Shown piece after piece: positions 27,109 through 36,289 of a DNA stretch of 64,000 nucleotides; positions within the stretch are counted from its first letter, which is position 1, and each line of letters opens with the position of its first letter. The DNA is from a candidate division WWE3 bacterium RIFOXYC1_FULL_40_10 (GTDB taxonomy: Bacteria; Patescibacteriota; WWE3; UBA101185; UBA10185): the NCBI GenBank assembly GCA_001773215.1, contig MEWB01000001.1:322473-386472 (forward strand), in the 5' to 3' direction. Under the pieces are notes generated by a model. It had not been told where the DNA came from and made no database searches. It saw nothing but the letters and a program-made list of their open reading frames with translations. Made by a program: the position numbers and the translations under genes.

Positions 27109-27537
27109 ATGTTTACAAATATTTCAGAGAAAATTGAAAAAAGATTAGCGTATCTTGAGAACCTAGATGATGAAATTAGATCTGGTAAGTCTTCCGAAAG
27201 AGGTTTATGGCAGATATCAAGGGATTCGGGTAAATTCCTCAGTTTACTTGTTTCGCTTGCACCTAAAGGTAATTATATAGAAATAGGGACAAGTGGAGGT
27301 TATTCCGGTCTTTGGATTAGCCTTGCTTGTATGCAAAAAAATAGTAAGTTTACTACACTCGAAACCAATCAGGTAAGTTACGAGAGGGCTGTGGAAACTT
27401 TTCAAACCGCAGGTGTTATGGATTTTGTTAATCCAATAAATGGAGATGCAAAAGACTTCATTGAGAACATAGAAGAAATAGCATTTTGTTATCTAGATGG
27501 TGGCGACGATTCCGACGATAGCGAAAGCGAACAGTAA
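27109..27537 (+). CDS. truncated class I SAM-dependent O-methyltransferase-like protein with an acidic tail
   Basis: Motif I-like IEIGTSGGYSGLWIS (family 3 O-MTase); only 142 aa, ends DGGDDSDDSESEQ. Confidence 0.45.
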   Translation: MFTNISEKIEKRLAYLENLDDEIRSGKSSERGLWQISRDSGKFLSLLVSLAPKGNYIEIGTSGGYSGLWISLACMQKNSKFTTLETNQVSYERAVETFQTAGVMDFVNPINGDAKDFIENIEEIAFCYLDGGDDSDDSESEQ

Positions 27538-27548
27538 TATTTTCGCTT

Positions 27549-28910
27549 TTGAGTCAATTTGACTGGAAAATCTATAAAGATTATATGTTTTCCAGTCTTC
27601 TCCTTTGTTTTATGAAAAATACTATTAAACTTTTGGATTTTCAAATAACATTACAACGCAAAAAATCACCGAAAGGTACTAAATTTGTACACTTTAAAAA
27701 ACCAAGCGCACCTATTGCCATAAAAATATGTTCTAGAAGTGGTTCTCGCTTTGATACGGCATCCAAATCTGGTTTGGCTCATTTTGTGGAACATATACTT
27801 CTGGATGGTACTGAAAAATACAAGAATAAAAAAGAACTTTCTCTTATTTTTGACGACTTGGGTGCTTCGTATTCTGCAAGCACAGGGCCTGAACATACGA
27901 GATTTGATTTTCTTATCGCAAAAAGGGGTCATCTTAGTTCTGTTGCGGATGTAGTAGATCAAATATTTAATAAGCCTTTAATTTCTGAAAAGAGTATTGA
28001 GTTAGAAAAAAAGATTATTAAGATAGAAATATCCTCCAAACTAGATAACAGCAAAAGAGTTCTATCTAATAATATGGAAAAACTCATCTACGGTGACAGT
28101 TCCCTTGCTTATAATATATCAGGTACGGAAGAAGCCTTAGAAACAATTTGTAGGGAGGATATTACCACACGCTTGAAAGATATTTTTTTCCAAGATGTTA
28201 CCGTTATTTCATGCGGAAGTTGCGATATTGAGGATATAAATACTTTATTTGAGCCCATACTTAACAATAAAGAGCAGAGCCTTTTTTTAGACACCCCGCA
28301 GGTATCAGAAGGTATTAAACACGGTTCATTTAAAATAGCTGATCAGAAACTGATCTATTGTATGTACGCTTTTCCAACTTGCGGAATTGCTTCAGAGGAT
28401 GGTGTAGCGTTAAATGTATTATCTACATACTTAGGTAAGGGAAGATCTTCGTTGCTAAGCGAGGTTCTAAGATACGACGAAGGGTTACTGTATTCTGTTA
28501 CATCTGGTCATAACAGATTTTCTGATACAGGATACTTTTATATTGAGATGGGTGTAAAAAAAGAAAACCTGACTGTAGTTTTTAATAAAGTCAAAGAAGT
28601 TCTAGAAACACTTCGGATAAATGGGATTAATCAAGAAGCCCTTGGCATTATTAAAAACAAGATAGTAAATGCCGGAATAATTTCTACACAAACAGTCCAA
28701 TTTTGGGTTGACACGCAATTTTATAGGGAATTGTTGGTAAGAGATAATGCGTATACTTATGTAGATTATCTAAATGATATCGATGTCATTTCTAAGAATG
28801 AGGTGGATAGCGTTGTAAACAAATATATCTCCTTTGACAACATGTTCTTTTATGCAGTTGGTAATGTTGAAGATAGCGAGATTGATGAATTATTTAACGC
28901 AAAAAACTAG
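27549..28910 (+). CDS. M16 family (pitrilysin/insulinase-like) zinc peptidase
   Basis: Inverted zinc motif HFVEH (HxxEH) with downstream Glu; ~450 aa; the true start may be a downstream Met. Confidence 0.7.
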   Translation: MSQFDWKIYKDYMFSSLLLCFMKNTIKLLDFQITLQRKKSPKGTKFVHFKKPSAPIAIKICSRSGSRFDTASKSGLAHFVEHILLDGTEKYKNKKELSLIFDDLGASYSASTGPEHTRFDFLIAKRGHLSSVADVVDQIFNKPLISEKSIELEKKIIKIEISSKLDNSKRVLSNNMEKLIYGDSSLAYNISGTEEALETICREDITTRLKDIFFQDVTVISCGSCDIEDINTLFEPILNNKEQSLFLDTPQVSEGIKHGSFKIADQKLIYCMYAFPTCGIASEDGVALNVLSTYLGKGRSSLLSEVLRYDEGLLYSVTSGHNRFSDTGYFYIEMGVKKENLTVVFNKVKEVLETLRINGINQEALGIIKNKIVNAGIISTQTVQFWVDTQFYRELLVRDNAYTYVDYLNDIDVISKNEVDSVVNKYISFDNMFFYAVGNVEDSEIDELFNAKN

Positions 28911-28986
28911 TTAAAATATATTCCCATAAATTTTATTAAACAGGATCAAACTTATAGTTTATGTTGTTATAACAATGGCAATATAC

Positions 28987-29060
28987 TGGCTGGGGAGCAG
29001 GGATTCGAACCCCAATAGGCGGGACCAAAACCCGCAGTCCTACCATTAGACGACTCCCCA
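28987..29060 (-). tRNA. tRNA-Gln (anticodon TTG)
   Basis: Hand-folded cloverleaf: acceptor TGGGGAG/CTCCCCA, anticodon stem GCGGG/CCCGC, loop TTTTGGT, TTCGAAT T-loop, 3' GCCA as in E. coli tRNA-Gln. Confidence 0.75.
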
Positions 29061-29170
29061 ACGTACACTAAAGCTACTTTGAACACTTAATTCTAAAAAA
29101 ACTACTCAGTTTGTTGTCTAATGGCAGCGTAGCGCCCACTTAGACGACTCCCCAACGTACACTAAAGCTA
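29047..29170. repeat. 30-bp perfect direct repeat (29047-29076 and 29141-29170) duplicating the 5'-terminal 14 nt of tRNA-Gln plus 16 nt of upstream flank; the 64-bp spacer contains a tRNA-like D-arm fragment as an inverted repeat
   Basis: tagacgactccccaacgtacactaaagcta occurs twice; spacer contains gtctaatgg...ccacttagac. Confidence 0.7.
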
Positions 29171-29220
29171 TACAACATCACTGGCCTGCCAGCCGAAACC
29201 GAGCGATGCGAGGTGTAGGC

Positions 29221-29297
29221 TGGTGGGCGGTAATGGACTCGAACCAATGACCCCCGCGATGTAAACGCGGTGCTCTAACCAACTGAGCTAACCGCCC
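29221..29297 (-). tRNA. tRNA-Val (anticodon TAC)
   Basis: Acceptor GGGCGGT/ACCGCCC, D-arm GCTCAGTTGGTTAGAGC, anticodon loop TTTACAT, TTCGAGT T-loop, encoded CCA. Confidence 0.8.
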
Positions 29298-29415
29298 ACG
29301 ATACCAAAAACCTTTACTTAGCTAACCTGCCAGCCCTCCTCCGGCGCGTAAACCGGCGGGCAGGCCGCCCAAATAGCTACCCTATTTTATCATACTAAAA
29401 GTGAGAAATGGAAAA

Positions 29416-29970
29416 TTACTCCGGATCAGAAACAGTGCGAGTTACAAAACCGTTGCGAGCCATCTCAGAAATATAATTCATAACAGTTTCAGGCTCGTCA
29501 ATATTTCTAATATTTAACTCCCCTCCCCCCATAAATTTAACGCTAACCGTTCCAAAGCCAAGCATTTTTGCCATAAAAGTTTGTTCGAGAGTCATTCCAA
29601 CCATCCCTTTTAAATTACTCGCTCGGTGTCTTTTACTCCACACACCATCCACTATTACAATTTGGTCGGGAGTAATAATGTACGACTTTCCACGCCACCT
29701 CATTTTGCATGTTGTAGCCGAAACAAATAACAGGCCGGTAAACAGTAGCAATAAAAGAAAAATTAAAATCACAGATAGATATAAGGGAAACAATTTTGGG
29801 ATAAAAAAAGCAAAAAACACTATAAAAATTGCAAGCAAAAGCGTAATTGGAAAACAAAGGTTTACTAATTCTAATGAAAGTGATTTGGGCGACTGCTTTA
29901 TATGAATTTCTTGTACTTTATTGGTTTCCACCGATACTTCGATTATAGTTCCTTTGTCAAGACACTGCAA
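29416..29970 (-). CDS. membrane protein with bacterial PH (bPH_2/YdbS-like) domain
   Basis: Two TM helices followed by a ~90-aa domain (RWRGKSYIITPDQIVIVDG...VSVKFMGGGE) resembling the bPH_2 fold; tentative. Confidence 0.45.
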   Translation of the reverse strand: MQCLDKGTIIEVSVETNKVQEIHIKQSPKSLSLELVNLCFPITLLLAIFIVFFAFFIPKLFPLYLSVILIFLLLLLFTGLLFVSATTCKMRWRGKSYIITPDQIVIVDGVWSKRHRASNLKGMVGMTLEQTFMAKMLGFGTVSVKFMGGGELNIRNIDEPETVMNYISEMARNGFVTRTVSDPE

Positions 29971-30653
29971 TGATAATACTCCTTTGTAAAGAGTACTAAG
30001 TGTTCTATACCGCTTATCAAACTGGATTTGTTGCTGTATTGGCTTTCGTATAGAGTAATAGCTTTCAACTTTTTAAAGTATTGTTTCACAGATAGTGGAA
30101 GTATAACGGTTGGAGTGAGGGGTTTTATTAATTTTGGATTTTTTGCCATCGCAAGCCCCGCCTGTGGTATTTTGTAGCTCCTTGGTACTGTGGAATAAAC
30201 TAGGGATGTTTGAGTATATTTGGAAATGCTTGTTAACAATTCGCTCAAATAGACATGGTCCGGATGGCCATAGATTCCACAAGGTTCGTAGGTGACAATA
30301 TGTGTTGCTTTAAACTCTCGCACTTCTTGAGTTAGAAAGTCCCCAAGATTCAGCTCATTTTCAAGGTGCTTGTCCTTATACCCTAGTATTTCGTAACTTG
30401 GGACTCCCAAGAACTGCATAACCGAATCAAATTCCTTTTCTCGCACATCGGACAAAACACCTTTATATCTTCCAAAATAGAGAGTTGACGCTTCCCCTTT
30501 TGTTAGCACCATTACCTTAAATTTAACTCCGGCTTCAGATAACTCCTGTATCAACCCGGCATTAGCGAAAGTTTCATCGTCGGGATGGGGATAAATTAAT
30601 AGTACAGAAGATGCTTTAGTTATACCTAATTTCTGAAGGTCCTTAGTTTGCAC
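29943..30653 (-). CDS. PIG-L/LmbE family N-acetylglucosaminyl deacetylase
   Basis: Signature LLIYPHPDDETFANAG (HPDDE) plus downstream His motif HPDHV. Confidence 0.75.
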   Translation of the reverse strand: MQTKDLQKLGITKASSVLLIYPHPDDETFANAGLIQELSEAGVKFKVMVLTKGEASTLYFGRYKGVLSDVREKEFDSVMQFLGVPSYEILGYKDKHLENELNLGDFLTQEVREFKATHIVTYEPCGIYGHPDHVYLSELLTSISKYTQTSLVYSTVPRSYKIPQAGLAMAKNPKLIKPLTPTVILPLSVKQYFKKLKAITLYESQYSNKSSLISGIEHLVLFTKEYYHCSVLTKEL

Positions 30654-30659
30654 AAAGCT

Positions 30660-30938
30660 TTATTCCAAATCCGATATATCTTCTTTTGGTGTTGAGTCTA
30701 TATTCTCTACTAATTGGTCGAGTTCCTCGATAGCCGAATTATCAGCCTCTTTTGGAGTCTTGCTATCATCGTTCAATTTTGTGAATTCCTCTTCCTGATC
30801 AGGGTTAACTTGTATAAACCCGGGTTTATCACGATTAACCGAAAAATAATATGATAAAGCCAGTACTGCAAGGCCGATTGCTATTAAAATTATCAGGGGT
30901 AAATTTCCTTTTTGCTTAATCATTATCTTCCTCCACAT
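30660..30938 (-). CDS. small TM-anchored acidic protein
   Basis: ORF track; single TM then a D/E-rich tail; overlaps the upstream coiled-coil gene. Confidence 0.4.
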   Translation of the reverse strand: MWRKIMIKQKGNLPLIILIAIGLAVLALSYYFSVNRDKPGFIQVNPDQEEEFTKLNDDSKTPKEADNSAIEELDQLVENIDSTPKEDISDLE

Positions 30939-31437
30939 CTTGGTTTCTTAAATCAATTAAACTCTGTCTTAATGTGTGTGCATAGTAACTTCGAATTTCT
31001 TGGCGCTTCTCTATTGTTTTCTTTAGCTGTTCTCGTGCTTCCTTAAGTACGCCTTTGAATTGAGCTTCTGGTCCGTCACAAGTTAATTCTTCCGTATAGT
31101 TTAGAGACTTAATAAACTCCCCATAGGAATTATTGTATTCTTCTACCATCTTGTCGAATTCCTCTACATTGGCTCTAACTTCTGCTACATCGTATCCCTT
31201 ATCATCTAACTTATCTGCTATTTCTGTAATTTTTGATGAGATTTTTTTATAGTTAGTAGTGTGAACCTGTATATTATCCTCATATTTTCTCAGCCTCTCT
31301 GTAACTCGCTCTTGTACTTTTATACAGAGTTTTTCTAAAAGTTCCTCTTTCTTTTGATTACCTTGTGCGAAAACTACTCCAGCTGAAATTAACGAAAAAA
31401 GCATCGAAAACATTACTATTTTGGGATTTATTCTCAT
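30916..31437 (-). CDS. secreted coiled-coil protein
   Basis: Signal peptide; heptad-rich K/E sequence. Confidence 0.45.
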   Translation of the reverse strand: MRINPKIVMFSMLFSLISAGVVFAQGNQKKEELLEKLCIKVQERVTERLRKYEDNIQVHTTNYKKISSKITEIADKLDDKGYDVAEVRANVEEFDKMVEEYNNSYGEFIKSLNYTEELTCDGPEAQFKGVLKEAREQLKKTIEKRQEIRSYYAHTLRQSLIDLRNQDVEEDND

Positions 31438-31506
31438 GGAACTATTTTACACCAGCTATTGTATTCTGTAAAAAAATAACTAATAATTAATTGTTAAATA
31501 ATCACA

Positions 31507-32523
31507 ATGGAATCTACTAACGGTCAAAGTATTATAGAATTTAAACTGCCCTCGAGAGTGGGTATAATTTACAGCGACGCCAAACCGGAATACTTCCCTA
31601 CTGAACAGCAATACTTAACCGAAAAAGATTCATTTACTAACGCACAAGTAATCGCTGATGAGTTGAAGATTTTAAATATCGACTCGATTTTATACCCCGG
31701 AAACGAGTCACTTACCGAGTCATTGAGACGCGATAAACCGGAAATGATATTTAACTTGGTTGATTCAGTTAGAGGAAATGAATATTTGTCTTCGACCATT
31801 CCCGGTATTCTCGAGATGCTTGATATACCTTATGCAGGCGCGGGAATAATCGGATTTGCCCTTTGCTACAACAAGTTTTTGACCAAACAGCTTCTAAAAG
31901 CCGCCGGAATTCCTGTGCCAAATTGCCAGCTATTTGTGACTCCAAACGATCAGATAGATCTGGGGTTACGATTTCCTATAATTTCCAAACTAAACGAAAT
32001 ACACGGTGCTGTAGAAATTACTAAGTCTGCTGTATCTGAAAATGAAAAGGAGCTAAGGGAAAGATTGAAATACCTAATAGATACATATAAGCAACCTGTT
32101 GTTGCTGAAGAATTTATCGTTGGCAGAGAAATCGCAATAATTGTTATTGAGGGGCAAAATCGCAAGGTATACATGGGAGAAAAGGTCTTTAATAAACCCG
32201 ATGACAAGTATGTTTTTGCTACTTTTGAGGATCAGTGGTACGAGTCAATTTCAGAGCCCTTTACCTACGCCAGATTCGACGATGAGAAACTTAGAAATTA
32301 TGCCAGGAGAGCCTTTGATTTAACCAAAATGGCAGATTACGGCAAGTTTGATGTTCGTATGGACGCATCGGGGAGATACTACTTTATAGATGTAAATGCT
32401 AATCCCGCTTTTGGCCCAAAAAGACTTCAAACGAGCATGGGATATATCGTACAGGATCTATATGGAGTTACTTTCTCGGATATCTTAAAAAGGCTGATGA
32501 TTAATACTCTTTACGGTAATTAG
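31507..32523 (+). CDS. ATP-grasp domain protein (D-alanine--D-alanine ligase family-like)
   Basis: C-terminal ATP-grasp motif RMDASGRYYFIDVNANPAFGP; central IISKLNEIHGAVEI; ~338 aa. Confidence 0.55.
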   Translation: MESTNGQSIIEFKLPSRVGIIYSDAKPEYFPTEQQYLTEKDSFTNAQVIADELKILNIDSILYPGNESLTESLRRDKPEMIFNLVDSVRGNEYLSSTIPGILEMLDIPYAGAGIIGFALCYNKFLTKQLLKAAGIPVPNCQLFVTPNDQIDLGLRFPIISKLNEIHGAVEITKSAVSENEKELRERLKYLIDTYKQPVVAEEFIVGREIAIIVIEGQNRKVYMGEKVFNKPDDKYVFATFEDQWYESISEPFTYARFDDEKLRNYARRAFDLTKMADYGKFDVRMDASGRYYFIDVNANPAFGPKRLQTSMGYIVQDLYGVTFSDILKRLMINTLYGN

Positions 32524-33089
32524 ATTACCAGTAAACTAAACACCGCAAAATAAATCATTATACTTAAAGAATCCTGAACTACAGTCGCAATAGGACCACT
32601 CGCCTCGGCGGGATCCTCGTGAAGTTTCCAAAAAAAGTATGGGATTATCGACCCCGATATAAGTGCCGTGAAAGATGATATAAATATCGAAATCCCAAGT
32701 CCCATGGAAACTTTATGCTGTTGGTATAACACGTATGAAGTGCCATAGGCTAATAAGGATAGAACCAGGCCTATTACAGATACTATTTGTGTCTGGCGGA
32801 TTAAAAATGGGAGAAGTCTGAATTTCTTTTGTTTTGCAAAGTCTCTAATGATAATGCTTTCCATTTGGGTTCCGATTGCGTCTGCAAGATACACAATCAT
32901 TGGTACAAAGGTTATCATGATGATGTTTTTCTCAAGTGTTTCTTCAAATACACTAATAAACTTGGAAAGTAGTACGCTGGTAACCAATCCTAGAATAAGC
33001 CACGAGAGTCGTTTTTTAATTACCGCGAATATGCTTTGAGTTTCAGTTTCCATATTACAGAAATGATACCATTTATTACTTCTTATCAA
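32520..33089 (-). CDS. MgtE-like divalent cation transporter, membrane domain only (no N-terminal CBS/cytosolic domain)
   Basis: PMIVYLADAIGTQMESIIIRDFA resembles the MgtE TM-domain signature; five TM helices; 189 aa. Confidence 0.5.
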   Translation of the reverse strand: MIRSNKWYHFCNMETETQSIFAVIKKRLSWLILGLVTSVLLSKFISVFEETLEKNIIMITFVPMIVYLADAIGTQMESIIIRDFAKQKKFRLLPFLIRQTQIVSVIGLVLSLLAYGTSYVLYQQHKVSMGLGISIFISSFTALISGSIIPYFFWKLHEDPAEASGPIATVVQDSLSIMIYFAVFSLLVI

Positions 33090-33363
33090 ACCTCAAAACT
33101 CGTACAAAGACATATATTACAAAGGCGATAATTAGAAAGTCGATTAAAGTAGCCGCAAAGTGACCCCAGGTTATTTCAACAGGTCCTAGTTTTAGTACTG
33201 CTTGGTTCAAGGTTCCTGTAAAACCGAAAAATATGCCTAAAATCGGGTTGACGATATCAGTAACCAAAGCGCTAACTACCTTACCTACCGATGTTGCCAA
33301 TAAAAAGCCTATTGTTAACCCTAAAATATTTTGGTCCTTAATAAACTTTAGAAAGTTTTTCAT
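33076..33363 (-). CDS. mscL: large-conductance mechanosensitive channel MscL
   Basis: 95 aa; LGLTIGFLLATSVGKVVSALVTDIVNPILG and FLIIAFVIYVFV parallel the MscL TM1/TM2 consensus. Confidence 0.8.
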   Translation of the reverse strand: MKNFLKFIKDQNILGLTIGFLLATSVGKVVSALVTDIVNPILGIFFGFTGTLNQAVLKLGPVEITWGHFAATLIDFLIIAFVIYVFVRVLRFDKK

Positions 33364-33368
33364 ATATT

Positions 33369-33444
33369 TGGTGGGGAGGGAGGGAATCGAACCCTCATAG
33401 CCGGTTTTTCAGACCGGTGCCGTGACCGCCTTGGCTACCGCCCC
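33369..33444 (-). tRNA. tRNA-Phe (anticodon GAA); one C-T mismatch in the acceptor stem and an unusual D-arm
   Basis: Anticodon stem CCGGT/ACCGG, loop CTGAAAA, T-arm GAGGG-TTCGATT-CCCTC, 3' ACCA. Confidence 0.65.
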
Positions 33445-33548
33445 AAACTAAGACTATGTCATTTTATCAAAGAGTAGTTTATCTTACCATGAGATCAAAA
33501 AATAGCCCGGCTTAGTATTTTACTACTTTGCCGGGACTTAACGGTTTT

Positions 33549-33899
33549 CTAGTGAAACCGGTAAGGGTTATGGGTTATAAGCTCAAGGGGAATCGCCTTA
33601 TCCAACTCTTTACCAGCAAGCTCCTGGGTAGAGTACCAGCCTTCAAGATAATTGCCCAAATCGGTAAGGCCATCATCTACCTTGGAAGTGGTGTCTCCAC
33701 TTGTAACACTTAACTCCCCGGAGTCGCTCAGGGCTACCCTATACCCCTGTAACTCTGTACCTGTAGCATCAAGTAGTGTCCCATTTTCAGAAACCCGGTA
33801 CCTTGACCAGAAACCGGTTGGGTTGCTAACAGTAACCCATACTCGAACCAGAAATAACTCTCCTGCAGCTTTATTGGCCATACTACCCTCCTCACTCAC
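33549..33899 (-). CDS. hypothetical protein (GC-rich island)
   Basis: ORF track; GC clearly above background. Confidence 0.4.
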   Translation of the reverse strand: MSEEGSMANKAAGELFLVRVWVTVSNPTGFWSRYRVSENGTLLDATGTELQGYRVALSDSGELSVTSGDTTSKVDDGLTDLGNYLEGWYSTQELAGKELDKAIPLELITHNPYRFH

Positions 33900-33999
33900 T
33901 TACTATTAGGAAAATGTCACTGGATTATAGCATTTTTGACCGCACAGGTATTAATTGGTATATTGATCTCCACCAAAAATACTACTAAAGGAGAGTTCT

Positions 34000-35379
34000 A
34001 TGAACATTTGTGTTATTGGCACGGGATATGTGGGGCTAGTAGGCTCCGCTGTTTTTGCAGGGTGGGGAAATCAGGTTGTGGGAGTCGATGTCGACCAAGC
34101 CAAGCTGGATATGATTCAGGCTGGAGTGATGCCAATCTATGAGCCCGGTCTGCCTGAATTGGTTGCTCAAGGTATTAGGAGAGGTAACCTGCGTTTCACT
34201 AATTCCACTGCAGAAGGAATCAAGGATGCCGAGGTTATTTTTATCTGTGTGGGCACTCCACAAGGAGCCGCTGGTAATGCAGATCTATCCTCTGTGTTGC
34301 AGGTCGCGCGACAGATTGGCCAGAGCCTCGACCATTACGCGGTAGTAGTTACCAAGAGCACAGTTCCTGTGGGAACAAATCAACGGGTTAAGGAAATACT
34401 GCAAGAAACAACACAACAGGGTGTTCTATTTGACGTCGCCTCCTGCCCGGAATTTCTGGCCCAAGGCACATCTGTCTATGATATGGATCATCCGTCTCGT
34501 ACTGTGATCGGATCCGATTCACCCGAAGCCATTGAGCTAGTAGCGGAAGTTTTCAAGCATTTGCCAGCGGCAATCATTCGCTGCGGTTTTGCCGAGGCTG
34601 AATTGATAAAGTACGCCTCAAACGCACTACTTGCTACGAAAATTACTTTCGCAGATTCAATGGCCAGCCTTTGTGATCTTGTAGGTGCCGATGTTGTACT
34701 GGTAATGGATGCGGTAGGAAAGGATCCGCGTATCGGGGCGATGTTTTTGAGAGCCGGTCTTGGGTGGGGAGGTTCGTGTTTTCCCAAAGATGTCGAGGCG
34801 CTAGCCTATCTTGCAAGTCAACTTTCCTTGCCACTTCCACAGCTGGATGGCACGAGAAACACTAATCGACGGGTCCATAAGCGTTTCGTACACAAAATTA
34901 GTCTGTACTTCGATGGTAAGCTGGATGGAAAGACGTTCGCAGTTTTGGGACTGGCATTCAAAGCGGGAACCGATGATACACGTGAGTCGCCCGCAAAGAA
35001 AGTAATCATGCGTTTGCGTGGTGCCGGGGCTCGAGTCCGCGCTTATGACCCCAAGGCTACTGAGAAAGCAATCTTAGACCTTGGCACAACGTCTCTTGAG
35101 TACTGTGACAATCCATACGAAACTATGGCTGGGGCAGATGCGCTGGTAATCTTAACCGACTGGCCTGAATTTAAAGGATTGGACCTGTCACGAGTAAATT
35201 CCTTGCTCAAGAATCCCGTAATTTTCGATGGCCGTAACATGCTAGATCCAGAAACGGTTGAAAGGGAAGGCTTTATCTATTTTGCAATGGGCCGACCCAC
35301 AAATGGGCAACGCATTATTAATGGTAAAGATACTACCTACGTTGCGAAACTAACCAATGGAGCAGGATTGAATAAGTAG
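34000..35379 (+). CDS. ugd: UDP-glucose 6-dehydrogenase, full-length
   Basis: Rossmann VIGTGYVGLVGSAVFAGWG; catalytic GGSCFPKDVEAL; complete C-terminal UDP-binding domain; ~50% GC. Confidence 0.85.
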   Translation: MNICVIGTGYVGLVGSAVFAGWGNQVVGVDVDQAKLDMIQAGVMPIYEPGLPELVAQGIRRGNLRFTNSTAEGIKDAEVIFICVGTPQGAAGNADLSSVLQVARQIGQSLDHYAVVVTKSTVPVGTNQRVKEILQETTQQGVLFDVASCPEFLAQGTSVYDMDHPSRTVIGSDSPEAIELVAEVFKHLPAAIIRCGFAEAELIKYASNALLATKITFADSMASLCDLVGADVVLVMDAVGKDPRIGAMFLRAGLGWGGSCFPKDVEALAYLASQLSLPLPQLDGTRNTNRRVHKRFVHKISLYFDGKLDGKTFAVLGLAFKAGTDDTRESPAKKVIMRLRGAGARVRAYDPKATEKAILDLGTTSLEYCDNPYETMAGADALVILTDWPEFKGLDLSRVNSLLKNPVIFDGRNMLDPETVEREGFIYFAMGRPTNGQRIINGKDTTYVAKLTNGAGLNK

Positions 35380-35446
35380 CTTTAGGCAGCTTACAGATAT
35401 GAATAAGCCTCATGCATAAAAAACATGAGGCTATTATTTTTTCGTC

Positions 35447-36118
35447 TTATCCGGGGAATACTGCAAACCGTTCGTTCAAGGCCTTCCTCAAGTCACCATA
35501 AGTTTTGACTTTATGCGGGAAATACACACGAAGCCCGCATCTACGACATGAAAGAACATCTTGCTCTTTTGATGCTTGACGCCGATCTACCCACCCGTTA
35601 CAAAGGTCATGAACCCCCACGCAACAGGCGAGTTTAGCTTCGTCCGCGGTGTGTGTCACAAAGTATTCATAGCCGGCAAAAAGAGGTCGGGGCGGATATT
35701 CTCTGAGAAAATCTCCTTCCTCGGTAAGCTGAATGGGCATAAGAGGAACGCTTTTTAAGACCTGGGCGGTCACTTCCGCGATAAGTCTATCTCGATTTCT
35801 CAAAAAAGCTGTTGCAAGCCGAAATATATCGTTCAGCCATCCTGTTGCCATGTAATCTTCCCCATCCCTGCTAATTACTTTGTAAGGGAAATATCCGTTG
35901 ATACAGTACGTTTCTCCAGTCTTGCTTCCATCTTGATCTGTATAATGGCCGTAAAGCCGTCCAAGGGTGATAAGCTGAGGGTCAAATCCTGCAGCTTTAA
36001 CAATATCCTCCACAACTTTAAGCTCGGTATCTGACAAGTGCGTCTGATGTTCCCAACCTGTATCTTTATATTTCACTACCAAATCTGCAAAAGCGTTTAC
36101 AACAGAAGTAACTTCCAT
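35447..36118 (-). CDS. hypothetical protein with a C-terminal Cys cluster (CCVGVHDLC...SCRRCG); start re-set to MEVTSVV, which has an AAGGAG SD
   Basis: The track start at 36187 is a TTG that runs into tRNA-Gly; the internal ATG at 36116-36118 has a consensus RBS. Confidence 0.45.
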   Translation of the reverse strand: MEVTSVVNAFADLVVKYKDTGWEHQTHLSDTELKVVEDIVKAAGFDPQLITLGRLYGHYTDQDGSKTGETYCINGYFPYKVISRDGEDYMATGWLNDIFRLATAFLRNRDRLIAEVTAQVLKSVPLMPIQLTEEGDFLREYPPRPLFAGYEYFVTHTADEAKLACCVGVHDLCNGWVDRRQASKEQDVLSCRRCGLRVYFPHKVKTYGDLRKALNERFAVFPG

Positions 36119-36191
36119 TTCGATCTCCTTTCTTATATTAGTGTTCTGTGTTAAGGGATTTATACAAGTCAGTGGGAAGATAGTCAAATTT

Positions 36192-36266
36192 TGGAGCGGC
36201 GGACGGGGCTCGAACCCGCGACCTCTTCCTTGGCAAGGAAGCGTTCTACCACTGAACTACCACCGC
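36192..36266 (-). tRNA. tRNA-Gly (anticodon GCC)
   Basis: GCGGTGG acceptor, anticodon loop TTGCCAA, TTCGAGC T-loop, CCA encoded. Confidence 0.8.
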
Positions 36267-36289
36267 AAATTACCAAAATTATACCCTAT

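Noticed and set aside
29322-29375. GC-rich block downstream of tRNA-Val considered as a possible additional tRNA
   Set aside because: I could not fold it into a cloverleaf, and it has no T-loop or anticodon arm. It is kept only as a structured repeat.
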